Below, piece by piece: positions 1-14,056 of a stretch of DNA of 64,000 nucleotides. The notes under the pieces were generated by a model. That model saw only the letters and a program-made list of their open reading frames with translations. It was not told where the DNA came from and made no database searches. Both the position numbers and the translations under genes were made by a program. How positions within the stretch are numbered: the stretch's first letter is position 1; each line of letters opens with the position of its first letter. Where the stretch lies: assembly GCA_951406725.2 (NCBI GenBank), contig OX597817.1, positions 11,780,001 to 11,844,000 of the forward strand, in the 5' to 3' direction. Source of the stretch: Octopus vulgaris (taxonomy: Eukaryota).

Positions 1-685
1 TCCCTCGTCAATTGTCAACCGGATATCATCACAATTTCATCACCTTCTAACAATATTGTTCATCCGGTGTCGTCGACGGCATTGAAGCTCTCACTGTAAT
101 GGGGAGCAGATACGAAGACAGGGAAATACGGTTGTTCAATAACGGTAATGGAAAAAATACGGAATGGAGCAAATAGCGAAATGCGTAGTGCTTTGTCTTA
201 AATGAAAAGAATAACACACGTGCATACACACTCACACACGTGTCCCTACTCCCACATACACACTTGTATATTAATGTTTGTTTTTCTCTCAAATTATATA
301 ACAAAACAATTTAACATTAAACTGAAGAGTTTACTATTTAGTAGAGTACATGCTTAGTAAACATTTATAGAACAAGGGCTGACAGTCACAGACGACGAAC
401 AGTAATGGTATCGGATGCCAAATACACATCGAGGCGATTGGCACAGCCCCGAGGGAGTACTGAGTGCTTACAGGAACAAAAATGAACCGAGATATGTTGG
501 TAGGCATGCTGCTCGCACATACATGCATACACATACACGCACACAAACACACACACACACGCATATATATATGTGTGCGTGTGTGTGTATGTATATATAT
601 ATATATGTATATGTATGTATATGTATATATATGTATGTATATGTATATATATATATGTGTGTGGGGGGGGATGTATGTATGTGTG

Positions 686-1935
686 CAAGGTGGCCCAAAA
701 GTCACTGGGGGATTGCAATTTTTGATAAATCTTTTATTTTTTTGACATTTTTCTTTTCTTTTCAGAGATTTTTTGGGCCAGGTCCCGAAAATTAATTATA
801 CAAAGATATGGCACAGCAAACCACGCCTAGGTGTTAAAATTGTTCTAGCAAAATCAGGGGCTAATTAGCAATTGTAAGTGAGAGATGCCCCAAATGAAAA
901 CATAATTAGGAACTTAGTCCGTCGTTTTTAAAAACAAGGGACAGTAAGTGATCTTGCACGATCTGCGTGACCTCGTCTTGTCAGAACTGATGAGGTAAGT
1001 GCGAGAGAGTATTGAACAGAATCTAGGCACGTCAACTCGAATGCGGTACAGAAAGCTTGGGATTTCACAAACTTCGCTGCGAAGAGTTCTCTGCAGATTT
1101 AAACTTTTACCATACAAAGTGGAGTTGGTTCAACAGTTAAAACCCTATGACTATGAACACAAGCTCGAATACGCTGTCAAAATCCAGGAATTGGAACGAA
1201 ATGACCCAAATTTTACACAAAATTTGATAATGGCGCAGGAGTGGCTCTGTGGTAAGTAGCTTGCTAACCAACCACATGGTTCCGGGTTCAGTCCCACTGC
1301 ATGGCATCTTGGGTAAGTGTCTTCTGCTATAGCCCCGGGCCGACCAATGCCTTGTGAGTGGATTTGGTAGACGGATACTGAAAGAAGTCAGTCGTATATA
1401 TGTATATATATATGTGTGTGCATGTTTGTGTGTTTGTGTTTGTCCCCCTAGCATTGCTTGACAACCGATGCTGGTGTGTTTACGTCTCCGTCACTTAGCG
1501 GTTCGGCAAAAGAGACCGATAGAATAAGTACTAGGCTTACAAAGAATAAGTCCCGTGTTCGATTTGCTCGACTAAAGGCGGTGCTCCAGCATGGCCGCAG
1601 TCAAATGACTGAAACAAGTAAAAGAGAGTAATGCCTGATAAAGCTCACTTTCATTAGAATAAGTTCATCAACAGAGAAAATCCGGTTTCGGAGCTCCGAG
1701 AATCCGAGAGCACTACACTGAAGAGAATTGCACTCCATGAAGTGTGAAACTGAAAATGGACGCCATTTAAAAGATGTCATTTTTCATTAGTAATGCAAAA
1801 GTATGATGAAGAAGGACTAACGCAAATTAATCTCCATTATCGCCTCTATATTGAATTAAAATTTCATACACTTATTTGTAAAAATAAGGGAGTTTTTAAA
1901 AAATAAAACCCCTCACTGACTTATGGGCCACTTTA
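686..1935 (+). mobile_element. Tc1/mariner-superfamily DNA transposon, internally deleted, interrupted by a SINE
   Basis: Imperfect TIRs CAAGGTGGCCCAAAAGTCACTG (686-706) and CACTGACTTATGGGCCACTTTA (1914-1935). Transposase remnant STRMRYRKLGISQTSLRRVLCRFKLLPYKVELVQQL..NLIM (999-1232) resumes after the SINE as MPDKAHFH (SDEAHFH-like), then jumps to the C-terminal CETENGRHLKDVIFH*. Confidence 0.85.
1233..1628 (+). mobile_element. tRNA-derived SINE family A (~400 bp)
   Basis: Pol III A-box-like TGGCTCTGTGG and B-box-like GGTTCAGTCCC, CORE-like CTTGGGTAAGTG, internal (TA/TG)n, AAAAGAG tail; TAATG duplicated at 1228-1232 and 1629-1633. Confidence 0.9.
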
Positions 1936-2167
1936 TATATGTATGTATATATGGTGGTATTCAATAAGAACCCAGGCATTTCAAGTTCAACCGATTGTTT
2001 TTTAATGTCAGCATATATCAGCGACCAAGAAAAAGCACAAGAGGCCTTTCGAGTTTAGTGCACTCAGCGATGAGTTACCGTTTGTTTGTGCATGTCTGCG
2101 TGTGTCTGAGTGTGTATGTGTCTATGTGTGTTTGCTTGCGCTTGTATGCATGTACGTATCATGTGTG

Positions 2168-2208
<41 letters not shown>

Positions 2209-2299
2209 TAATAAATAAAATATATGCATACAAACAAACATATATGTACTTACCGACATCTACATGTATATATACATGCATATATAAATATATATATAC

Positions 2300-2345
<46 letters not shown>

Positions 2346-2497
2346 ATGTACCTGTATATAATGTGTGTCTGCTTGTGGGTTTGTATGTATGTACGTATAT
2401 GTGCATCTGTACGTGCAAGTGAGCCTTTGAGTGTGTGTATGTGTGCGCATGAACGAGAGAGAGAGAAATAGATAGAGATGAGGAGAGAAACAGAGAA

Positions 2498-2535
<38 letters not shown>

Positions 2536-3199
2536 GGTGGAGGGAGAGAGAAATCCACAAAGTGCAGTGTGGACTACAAAGGAAGCATTCGGACGAGTAA
2601 GTCGCTATTATGCAAATATATGAACTATCTATCTAGAAAAACTTAACCGTGGGAACGTAAACAGTGAAGAGATCGATATATCGATCTGATCTCCGCTTTG
2701 CACTGTAAACCAGACGGTGAACTTCCATCCGGGGTCAAGTCTACTAACCCCCAATGTCAAACTGTTGAGGTTAGTGGAGGTGGCAGGGACTATATGAAGT
2801 GCTTTTGAGCTACCACTCTCGCCCGTTATACTTTTTCAGTCGTATTAAGAAAAGCGTGTGGTAAACCAATGAGAAAGCTATATCATGTAGCTTGATCTGC
2901 TGGAAATAGTAGCCATTGTATCTCAGAATGCACCACCTAGCATCATAAACAAGGAAGGACACATTGGATATTGTAGTCCTTTATTCTCCTTCAAGGAAAA
3001 GATTACTCTTTTTGGAATATTTTAGAATTATAGGCTTTTTGATAACGGTACTGAATAATGGTTATAAATTAAAGCAGAAAGCCAGCAATTTTGAAGGGAA
3101 GAGGTTTATGGATAATATCGACCCAGCATTTAAAAAGGATGAAAGAGAAAGTTGGTTTCGATAAAATTTGATCTCAGAACGTAAGAAACCTGAACAAAA

Positions 3200-4290
3200 C
3201 CATAGCCTTCTCTGACCTCTGGCGAAAATGTCTGCTCTCATTCCTCTTTTCTCAATCTACGGGCGCATGCTCAGAGCAGGCCCGTTCACTGGATCATCCC
3301 TCCCGCTCTCAACCACCTTTCAAAGAATCTCCTGGAAGGCAGCAACTCTCACTCCACCCTAGCTTCCCATTTTTAAGTGAAAGTTGATGAGGGCTTAACC
3401 AAAGAGAAAGGCCCCTGTCTTAAGCCCAGTCACTTAGCTCTACCATGCACCCTCTCCCACTAAAACCTACAGGCGTAAACAATGCCTGTCCTTTCCGGCC
3501 AAAGGAAGGCGATCAGATGGACTTCACAATGGACTCAGCAGGTATTCGACATAACCACACAAGTCAGCAATACTAGAACACTGCACGAATGTGTGCAGAT
3601 AAGTTTCATAGTGCTGCTCACATCTCGGGAAATTCGGCTGGCGGCACTTCCATTCTGGAAGAGTTTATCTCGAAACTGCCGTGCCCCCCACCGCCATGAC
3701 AATTTCAGGCGAGAGAATTCTGAAATCAATTATGATAGTCCTCTGAAAGTCCTCCAGAAAAGATTAGCAGTTAGTCAATTCCTGTCGTAACTTAGAATTT
3801 CTCCGAGAGCATCATCACTCTTGTCCGTCTGTAAAACTCTTTAGAACGCCAGAGTGGAACTTCTACCGACCGGTAGAGGACTGTGATTGCTTGATAACGT
3901 TCTATGTCCTAGACGCCCAGCCACTCTCTATATTTGATCCAGGGCTACAGATCTCTCAAAGAGAGAAGCTTTAGAAAAGCAGGTCTGACAAACGGTGACC
4001 GCATTTGTCAAGGAAACGCAGATGTCGGAGCATCAGTGTATATCTGCCCGTTATCAGCTACAGATGCCCTGTCCTCTACTCAGCGGCTGTTTACAATAAA
4101 TGTAACGCGTCCTTCCCACAGAAATCAGAACAGTAGGTGCTCCAGTCAGTGGGGTGTGAATTGGACAAGGCACAACGGCCAGGTATATATGAGTAATGCG
4201 ATATAGCCGTTCGCCACTTCCGACTCGTCTTACATGGATAGCATCCTGGCAGTCCGTTTCTGTGTAAGACTGGCCATTCTGGTCATCACC
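3200..4290 (-). mobile_element. Degenerate L1/Tx1-like LINE ORF2 3' fragment
   Basis: Minus-strand LSWRWGARQFRDKLFQNGSAASRISR resembles the zf-RVT region; GC-richer than flanks; similar to the fragments at 24330-25370 and 30040-32300. Confidence 0.55.
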
Positions 4291-4550
4291 CCATCCCATT
4301 TCTAAAGACAGAAACCAACATAAAATAAAAGATAAAGATATGTCTGCGCGCGCATGTGTACGTGTGTGCGTGTGTGCGCGTTTGTATGTGAGTGTTATAC
4401 ACATAGGGTCAGTCAGACATACATACATATATACATGCATGTTTTGAAATGAAGTATATTTTCAGGTCTAAATGTTATAAAAATCTAAAGGCTTGTTAAT
4501 TGTTATGTAATTTTTTGAAATTATATAAGTTTTGAAAATATTTTGTGTAT

Positions 4551-4716
4551 AGGCGCAGGCATGGTTGTGTGGTAAGAAGCTTGCTTCCCAATCCCATACT
4601 TCCAGGTTCAGTCCCACAGAGTGGCACGTTGGGCAAGTGTCTTCTATTATAGTTTCGGGCAAACCAAACCATTCTGAGTGGATCTGGTAGACGGAAACTG
4701 AAAGAAGCCTGTCCGA
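4551..4716 (+). mobile_element. SINE family A, 5' half
   Basis: Matches the family A head; ends in (TA)n. Confidence 0.8.
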
Positions 4717-4759
4717 TATATAGATAGATATATATATATATATATATAGATATAGATAT

Positions 4760-4802
<43 letters not shown>

Positions 4803-4904
4803 ATACATATATATATATATATATATCATATCCAGTTAAAAGAAGAAAAAGAAATGGAGATTAAGAAGTTAATTATTTATTATTAAAAAATTGGTCATCT
4901 TCGC

Positions 4905-5000
4905 TTCTTACAGCCATTTCAATTAGTACTCAAAAATCTAATTACAAATTTGTACATTAAATTTGCATGTATATGACATGAGTATAATTTCATCAGAGAA
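4905..5000 (-). ncRNA. Type I hammerhead ribozyme motif with extended stem II
   Basis: Minus strand: TTCT-CTGATGA-AATTATACTCA..(long loop)..TGAGTACTAATT-GAAA-TGGCTG-TA-AGAA. Stem I TTCT/AGAA. The inverted copy at ~5589-5603 has palindromic GAAACGGCCGTA. Confidence 0.65.
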
Positions 5001-5208
5001 AAAAAAAGATGTACCTTGAGATGCTATATGTGGACCTATCAATTCATTTTGGTACAGCCCTGAGGGAGTACTGAGTGCTTACAGGAGCAAAAATGAACCA
5101 AGATATGTCAGTAGGCATGCTGCTCACATATACACACACACAAACACAAACACACACGCACATTCATACACGCATATGTACATATATATATATATATATA
5201 TATATAAT

Positions 5209-5397
5209 CCAAACAAGAAAGCACAAAAAAACACAACGCGTGGACGTGGAACAAATATAGTATTATTGGACGCTCAGGAAAGAAGGAGAGTTTAACGTTT
5301 AGAGCGGAGCTCTTCGTCAGAAACATAGAAGAAGGAAAGATCCAGAGAAGGGAAGACAGAGGGAAAAAAATCGCCAACCGGTACACACGAGGTCACA
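5209..5397 (-). mobile_element. (TA)n-flanked Penelope-like terminal-repeat fragment with a mutated minimal hammerhead
   Basis: Minus strand 5324-5290: GTTT-CTGACGA-AGAGC-TCC-GCTCT-AAAC-GTT-AAAC. The G of GAAA is missing; stem I GTTT/AAAC. Confidence 0.6.
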
Positions 5398-5405
5398 TAT
5401 ATATA

Positions 5406-5535
5406 CAGGGTGGCCCAAAAGTCACTGTTGGATTGCAATTTTTGATAAATCTTTTATATTTTGACATTTTTCTTTTCTTTTCAGAGATTTTTTGGGGCCA
5501 GGCCCTGAAAATTAGTTATACAAAGATATGGCACA
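5406..5535 (+). mobile_element. Left end of the same Tc1/mariner family as 686-1935
   Basis: TA|CAGGGTGGCCCAAAAGTCACTG, near-identical to 686-815. Confidence 0.85.
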
Positions 5536-6040
5536 TAAATGCAAATTTAATGTACAAAATTGTGATAAAATTATTGAGTATTAACTGAAACGGCCGTAAG
5601 AAGTAGAGTGACCAATTTGTTAATAATAAACAATTGTTAACTTCCTAATCTCCATTTTCTTTTCTTCTTGGACGATGTCAAATATGACTGAAATACGTAA
5701 AAAATATCAGCCGATTTAGCCCCTTTCATATGCATATATATGTATGTGTGTGTGTGTGTGTGTTCGTGCGCGCGCATGTGTATATGTATGCATGTATGTG
5801 CATGTGAGAGTGTGTAATGATATATTTATAAGTTTACGTGCTTGTGAGTGTACATGAGCGCGCGAGAACCCCCCACACACATACACTCACTCATATATAC
5901 TATAAGTCTGTTATAAGGGTAGGTATGTAATTGGTTATTTATACACATGTACATAGTTTTACATGTACGTGTATTTCAATAGGAATATGTGTACATTCAT
6001 GTAGAAGAATGTATATAAATGCAAGTAGGTATTTACACAT

Positions 6041-6453
6041 AGGCGCAGTAGTGGCTGTGTGGTAAGTAGCTTGCTTACCAACCACATGGTTCGGGGTTCA
6101 GTCCCACTGCGTGGCATCTTGGGCAAGTGTCTTCTGCTATAGCCCCGGGCCGACCAATGCCTTGTGAGTGGATTTGGTAGACGGAAACTGAAAGAAGCCT
6201 GTCGTATATATGTATATATATATATAAGTGTGTGTGAATATGTTTGTGTGTCTGTGTTTGTCCCCCTAGCATTGCTTGACAACCGATGCTGGTGTGTTTA
6301 CGTCCCCGTAACTTAGCGGTTCGGCAAAAGAGACCGATAGCATAAGTACTGGGCTTACAAAGAATAAGTCCCGGGGTCGATTTGCTCGACTAAAGGCGGT
6401 GCTCCAGCATGGCCGCAGTCAAATGACTGAAACAAGTAAAAGAGTAAAAGAGT
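6041..6453 (+). mobile_element. SINE family A, full length
   Basis: Full match to the family, (AAAAGAGT)n tail. Confidence 0.92.
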
Positions 6454-6517
6454 AATGGCCGTCAAATAAGAATTTGAGTAAAAAAGAGTAAAAAAGAAAA
6501 AGAGTATATATATATAT

Positions 6518-6557
6518 AATGTAGGAATAAATGTGTTATGCGGATAGGGATGGTTGA

Positions 6558-6633
<76 letters not shown>

Positions 6634-6663
6634 CTATCCGCATAACACATTTATTCCTACATT
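6518..6663. repeat. 30-bp perfect inverted repeat flanking (TA)n
   Basis: AATGTAGGAATAAATGTGTTATGCGGATAG (6518-6547) / CTATCCGCATAACACATTTATTCCTACATT (6634-6663). Confidence 0.9.
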
Positions 6664-7110
6664 TTATTTATGGCTACACTCCTATTCTATGAGTTCTTTT
6701 CTTCAGCTATCATTTTAACTTCCTTCTTTGCTTAGTCCTGCTATACTTCCTCACAGTTTCTGTTTTCCCTCAATCTACACCCTCTATTTCCTTCTTGCTT
6801 TCTGCTTGTTTATTTATACATTTAGCCCTATTTTCATCCCCAACTATTTGCCAATTGTCAGAATACCTGCGCCAACAACATGCCACAACACCTTAAACAA
6901 CACATGTCAAAAAACAACCGCTTCCTTTACACCCTACAACTTAAAAATAATAACAAATGTATTTATAGCCTTTTAAATTTACTACATGACATGATATTCA
7001 TCAAAAACCCACATGTCACACGCCCAAAACCTTAAAGCATTTCCCCTTAAATATGTACATTGTTTAAATGTTTCTTGATGCAAAACCAAACCAAACTCAA
7101 ATTCATGTAC

Positions 7111-7149
<39 letters not shown>

Positions 7150-7269
7150 TTCATTATGTAAACATACCTATAAATAAATCCTTTACCGTATCACCACATG
7201 CACTTTCCCATTGTTAAAAATGTCTTTTACTACCCACACCGCAAAATACTAGTCATATTTATATATCAT

Positions 7270-7827
7270 ACTCTTTTACTCTTTTCAGTCATTTGACTGA
7301 GGCCATGCTGGAGCACCGCCTTTAGTCGAGCGACTCATTTATTAACGTCTGAGCACCCCACAGTCACGTGTACCCTTCAGCATGACACAGAGTGTGACAA
7401 GGCTGGCCCTTTGAAATACAGGTACAACAGAAACAGGAAGAAAGTTGTGGTGAAAGAGCACACAAGGGTTCACCACCTCCCCTGCAGGACTTATTCTTTG
7501 GAAGCCTAGTACTTATTCGATCGCCGTCTTTTTGCCGAACCGCTAAGTCACGGGGACGTAAACGCACCGCCATCGGTTTTCAAGTGATGTTGTGGGGCAC
7601 AAACACAGACACACAAACATATACACACATACACACATATATATATATATATATATACATATATACGACGGGCTTCTTTCAGTTTCCGCCTACTAAATCC
7701 ACTCAAAAGGCTTTGTTCAACCCAAGGCTATAGTAGAAGACACTTGCCCGAGATGCCACGCAGTGGGATTGAACCCGGAACCATGTGGTTGTAAGCAAGC
7801 TACTTACCACACAGCCACTCCTGCATC
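7270..7827 (-). mobile_element. SINE family A carrying an internal family C segment (~7335-7485)
   Basis: Both ends are the reverse complement of family A; the insert matches ~51665-51855 with deletions. Confidence 0.85.
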
Positions 7828-8087
7828 TATAAATCTTTTATTTAAAGTAAATCTTTTAATTATTTTTTATACACTTTTATATATTTGTGTATTTCTGTAA
7901 GTTCATCATAGCGGCATTTCTTTTTTGTATTTTGTTCTTTTAGTTTGAATGTTTTCAGAAATACTTTTTGTTTCTCTAGAAATCTTTTTAGCTTTATTGG
8001 TTCATATCTATCGACCGATACTGATAATCTATAATCTATATGTTTGTATGTATGCATATATGTATATTTATGTATATGTATGTATAT

Positions 8088-8477
8088 AGGCGCAGGAGTG
8101 GCTGTGTGGTAAGTAGCTTGCTAACCAATCACATGGTTCCAGGTTCAGTCCCACTGCGTGGCATCTTGGGCAAGTGTCTTCTGCTATAGCCTCGGGCCGA
8201 CCAATGCCTTGTGAGTAGACGGAAACTGAAAGAAGCCTGTCGTATATATGTATGTGTGTGTATATGTTTGTGTGTCTGTGTTTGTCCCTCTAGCATTGCT
8301 TGACAACCAATGCTGGTGTGTTTACGTCACCGTCACTTAGCGGTTCGGCAAAAAACACCGATAGAATAAGTACTGGGCTTACAAAGAATAAGTCCTGGGG
8401 TCGATTTGCTCGACTAAAGGCGGTGCTCAGCATGGCCGCAGTCAAATGACTGAAACAAGTAAAAGAGTAAAAGAGTA
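8088..8477 (+). mobile_element. SINE family A
   Basis: Full match with a small internal deletion. Confidence 0.9.
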
Positions 8478-8488
8478 AATATGTACAG

Positions 8489-8519
<31 letters not shown>

Positions 8520-9434
8520 AGGTGCGGAGGTGCATTTGAGGACAATTTATCAGTATATTATTCTGTCTTCAAATTAAATAAAAGGGTTATATTCCTTTCA
8601 GATCTTCCATTGAAGATAAAATACTTACAGAAGAAATGAAAGGATATGCAGTCCTTGCTGCATATAAGCGGTACAAGGCGATTTAGAAAATACCTATTAT
8701 TTATATCAAGCAAGAATTTCTGTACACAATATTTAGATGTCACTGAAATCCTATATCGAACGCAATACAAGATGCAATCTGTGTGAGACTGAAGAATTGA
8801 TTACCCAGGTCGCAAGTAACTAAATTTCTTTTTATCTTTTGGATTTTTTCTTTTCTTTTTAAAAGTCTTGTGGTTTACAGATTTTGTAGTTGTATAGTAT
8901 GTATGTATTACCAGTTGCTTACCTCCTTAATTTTTCTTTTATCATGCATTCAATTGTGTTGATACATTAAAAGGCATGTTTACATATTTGGGTAGTCAAA
9001 GAAAAAGGAAAGATAAAATTCTCACACCAAATCGGAGATATCAATGTTTCTAAATTAGTTGAGATATTCGTTTGTATGTCCGTTCAGAGAAGACTGTAGT
9101 GTTTTTCCAATAAAAAAGGATGTTTGCATTTTTGAATATTCAGTGAGAAAGGAAAGGAAAGAAAAGGAAGGTAAAATTTTCACAGAGACTTGTAGATAAA
9201 AATTTACAGGAGATGATCTTTTATCTGTCCCAACAGAGAAAACTGTAGTGTTATTGGACTAAAGAAGATGTTTACATTTTCGAATACTCAAGGAGAAAGG
9301 AAAGGATAGGTATTAACAGATGTAGATATTAAAGGTCTTAAAGCTGATCGCTTATGTGTTCGAAATTCAAAATACTCACAGGAAATTGCAGATAGTCCAG
9401 TCTTTTTCAGTTGTCCTGCTGGGTTTTATTAGTG

Positions 9435-10109
<675 letters not shown>

Positions 10110-10649
10110 GAAAATGTCAAAAGTTTAGAGAAATATGGTATCTCCAGTATCTAAACAATGCCGTAAAGAATTCTTTGCAGATGAAAGGGCAGTTTTGTTT
10201 CATTGAAAAAAGGACTGCATTCAAAAAATTATTTTTTATGGACAAGTAGATAGACTCCGCGCTAAAAGAAGACTCTACTAAGGATTAATGGTAAGTGGAG
10301 GCAATCATTAAAATCCCTACTGCTTAATGTAATAATTTTAGGAAAGTTATTACATAGTTCAATCTAATTGGCGTAAAATGCGTCATGATATATCAAAGCA
10401 ATTTCAATTGTAAAAACAGAAGAATAAAAATAACTTTCTTCAATAATCCACAAACATATTTGTCCACTCCCAGGCAAAATCAAAATCATCATTGACCCCA
10501 TTATGATTTCATAGCAAAATCCATACCTGGACTCAAATTACATTCACGCATCTATCACAACGAGATGCAGTTTCGTTTTTTAAGTCCTCTTTCAAAAAAC
10601 CCTTTCCTTCAAACACTTATCTGTCAAAATCGCCGCGAGTGACCATCAT

Positions 10650-11074
10650 TGTTGTTGTTGCTGCTTGTTTGTTTGTTTGTTGAGCGAAGCGGTCTTCGTC
10701 CCAGAGCTCGCAAGATCGCGCCTCAGGATTGTCTGTAGTGAGAGAAGTCCGAAACGTGGTCCTTTGCTATTCGTAAGACCCGCAGAAGAGAAAGCAGGTC
10801 AAACCCCGACACTGAGGGCATCTACGTATGGATGAATGCACATCCAGGCTCAGTGGTTACGTAGGAAGTCGGGGCCAAGAAACAGGAAGAAAGAGTGAGA
10901 GAAAGTTGGAATGAAAGAGTACAACAGGGGTCGCCACCACCCCCTGCCGGAGTATCGTGGAGCTTTAAGTGATTTTGCTCAATAAACACACACAACGCCC
11001 GGTCTGGGAATCGAAACCGCGATCCTCCGACCATGAATCCGCTGTCCTAACCACTGGGCCATTGCGCCTCCACT
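10650..11074 (-). mobile_element. tRNA-derived SINE family C, tail type 1, (CAAA/CAA)n end
   Basis: Minus head GTGGAGGCGCAATGGCCCAGTGGTTAGGACAGCGG..GGTTTCGATTCCC, shared with 34577 and 51541. Confidence 0.88.
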
Positions 11075-11093
11075 GTTGTTGTTGTTTTTGTTT

Positions 11094-11158
<65 letters not shown>

Positions 11159-11202
11159 GCTGCTGCTGCTGCTGCTGCTGTTGCTGCTGTTGCTGTTGTT
11201 GT
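11075..11202. repeat. (TTG)n/(CTG)n microsatellite
   Basis: Direct inspection; source of the poly-C and poly-L ORFs. Confidence 0.95.
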
Positions 11203-12660
11203 TTGATGAAAACTTTCAGCTTATTTTGCTGGATATGATGGAAAGTGTCAGCTGTCCACAGCCAGCAGACTAATGTGACACTTGGTTACTGGTCATACTT
11301 CAAGAACCCCGCGAAGAATTTTTGCAGTTCCAAGCAATTCTGATTTTTGTAGGTGTTCTACCTTTACGTTTGTGCCAATCGTTTTGAGTGATGCTGGTAG
11401 CTGAGTGTTGATACTTCCAAGTGCACCGATTATTTTTGATATCACGTCTACTTTCCTCATTGACCACAGCCTTCGTAGTTCCCACTTCAAATCGTCGTAG
11501 TTGATCAGTTTTTTTCTTCTTTCTCTTCGATCTTGTTGTCACCGGGACATGCTGTGTCAATTATTATGGCAGTTCTTTCTTTTGGTCCACCACAACAATG
11601 TCCGGTTTCCGATGTCTGGTCAGGTGATCGCACTGAATCATTGCATCCCGCAGGGTTTTGCAGTCTTAATTATCGGTGACTCCTTCTGGGGGTTTTCTCA
11701 TACCTATTTCTTTATTACCCACAAGGGGCTAAACACAGAGAGGACAAACAAGGACAGACATAGGTATTAAGTCGATTACATCGACTCCAGTGCGTAACTG
11801 GTACTTAATTTATCGACCCCGAAAGGATGAAAGGCAAAGTCGACCTCGGCGGAATTTGAACTCAGAACGTAGCGGCAGACGAAATACCGCTAAGCATTTC
11901 GCCCGGCGCGCTAACGATTCTGCCAGCTCGCTGCCTTCATATGTTTTCTCATACCACGTCTTTACTCTTTATAGGCCGTGATTTCTACAGAGCTCCCAAT
12001 GGATCATTCTTGCCACATTGTCATGTCTTCTTTTGTAATCGCATCGTGTCAATTTCGGGCATTCGCTAACGATGTGTCATAAAGTTTCATCCTTCTCACC
12101 AGACATTCTGCATTTATCGCTGTCTGTAGTGTTATCGATTCTGTACGTCACATAGTTAATCCTTAATGCTTGTTCTTGTGCTGTGCTGTGCATATGAGCG
12201 TTTCTGTCTCCTCTTCATCCATAGCCACCGATCATCTGTATTTGTCTTGGCGTTCGTACATGTTTTTCTCCTTCCATACTGTTAATTTTTGTGTGCTATT
12301 TTCCTCTTAAAGTTTTTCTTTCTTTACATTGTTTACCACTGCTTCGATACAAACCTGCCAACTTATCAAACCTCTCCCACCCTTTCTTCTGAATAAGTAC
12401 AGCCTATCGGTGTCACTCTTAGGGTGGAAGGTTCCGAGTACTAACATTCTTTTTGTCTTCGTATCTATGCTCATCAGCTCTCTTTTTTGTCAGTTTATGA
12501 TTCCAGCTCTATAACGAAGTGATGCTATTGCCCATGTATTAACTGCTTGGATTTTATTCTATCTGATCAATTTTGATCTCAACACCAATCTTAGTTTTCA
12601 GAAATATTCCATCCTCAGTTGTTCTTTCATTTCCTTCACCACGATTTCGTTGAGCTCTAT
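11203..12660 (-). mobile_element. Degenerate 5'-truncated R4/Dong-like RLE retrotransposon
   Basis: Minus-strand motifs RHDNVAR, WYEK.PEGVTDN, IQCDHLTRHRKPDIVVVDQ, IIDTACPGD, IIGALGS, LQKSELLGTAKILRGVLEV* (stop 11293) are collinear with the 59904 ORF C-terminus; many frameshifts. Confidence 0.88.
11700..11937 (-). mobile_element. SINE family B (~240 bp, Meta-domain-like core) inserted in the R4 fragment
   Basis: Core GCCTTTCATCCTTTCGGGGTCGATAAATTAAGTACCAG; duplication GTTTTCTCATACC at 11692-11704 and 11943-11955. Confidence 0.9.
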
Positions 12661-13064
12661 TATGCCAAGGTTTTTGTAGCCTTTTCAGTTTATACTTATA
12701 GACATTCAGAGTATGTCTATAAGCTATAGTGTTTAGACCTGGTTTCCATCCCCAAACTGTTCCGTTTTGTAGATACAATTCATTTTAAATAAAGCACTCC
12801 GAAATTAGAAAAATCAAAAATCTGCAACAATCTCGGTCCCATGAGTATCGGATGATGGATTTTCAACTGTGTAAAGAAACTGATTGTGGTGTATATGGGT
12901 GCATGCGTGTATATGGGTGGAAATGAGCTGGTTAGCGAAGGTCTGCGCTCTCCGAGAGCTTTTCTAGTTTATAACATTTTACACTTGTTATAAAATACAA
13001 CAATTTTCAATACCTTTAATTTTTTTTTCAATACTTCTAATATCTTTAATATTTCTTTAACATA

Positions 13065-13280
13065 AGGCGTTGAGCTGGCAGAATCGTTAGCATGCCGGGC
13101 AAAATGCCATGCAGCATTTCGTCCGTCTTCACATTCTGAGCTCAAATGCCGCTGGGGTCGATTTTGTTTCTCATCCTTTCGGGGTGGATAAAATAAGTAC
13201 TTGTTTGAACAGTGAGATGGATGTAATCGACTTAACCCCTCCCAGAAATTGTTGGCCTTATGCCAAAATTTGGAAACTAA
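13065..13280 (+). mobile_element. SINE family B, older subfamily (B')
   Basis: Diverged head and core with a different 3' tail. Other B' copies at ~18810-18970(+), 21660-21825(-), 33800-34015(+), 43545-43745(+), 48085-48190(+), 58538-58750(-), 63155-63240(-). Confidence 0.75.
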
Positions 13281-14056
13281 TTTTATTAATGTCCTTAACA
13301 ATTCCCAAGAGTATTCTTTGTATTTTCTTCTCTTCCTCCCTTCCCATAGTTTTAGCTTATTGTATCAATACAGCCCTCTTAATATTCATCATCATCATCA
13401 TCATCATCACCAGCATTATTAACACTATCCCTGCCAACCACTCCTGACAATAATTTGCCTTTGAAACACTGACCGTTCCCCTAAATTAGCACTCCTGCTG
13501 CTAAGACCTTTTCAATTAATATCCATTCTTCTGTTCTACTTATTCACCACTATCTTCTAGATCCCATTTGTTTTAGCTTTCTAATTCCTTTCCCCGTCCA
13601 TTCACTTTCAATTGTTATTGTTTATTTATATATTCATTCGTTTATTTATTCATTTGTACCCATCAACAAGCTTCTTCGGAAAGGTCATTGTGACTCCATC
13701 CCACTGTCTCCCATTCAATTTCACTTATTTATCTGCCTGTTTCATTATTTTTTCTTATTCTAATTTCCCTTAATCCTTTTATTGAAATCCTTTTATCAAT
13801 CTAACACCCGTCTACCCTACTTCATCTCCATCGACACAACAAAACCCCACTCCCCCCACTTTCTTCCTTTAACTTCTTCCTTCTTTCCTTTTTGTACTTT
13901 TTCTTGTCTTTTTCACTTTTTCTCTTCTCTTCCCGCCTCCATCACACCCTTCTGCAGAAATCTTATTTATATATATGCAACCGCTATATCTGTATAATCA
14001 CAGACGAAAGAGACTCAGAGTAGCAAGACACTGACTTGGAATACGACTGTCACTAT

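Larger units (their letters stand above)
4831..5672. repeat. Inverted repeat arms 4831-4970 / 5536-5672 enclosing nested elements
   Basis: AAGAAGAAAAAGAAATGGAGATTAAGAAGTTAA..TGTACATTAAATTTGCAT is the reverse complement of 5536-5672, with scattered mismatches. Confidence 0.8.

Noticed and set aside
10733-10761. CTGTAGTGA..CGAAACGTGGTC in the SINE C tail; also CTGAGGACGAAA at ~41525 and CTGTCGT..GAAACCCAGGGTT at ~49508-49558
   Set aside because: Core spacing or stems I/II are not satisfied; too degenerate to call as hammerheads.
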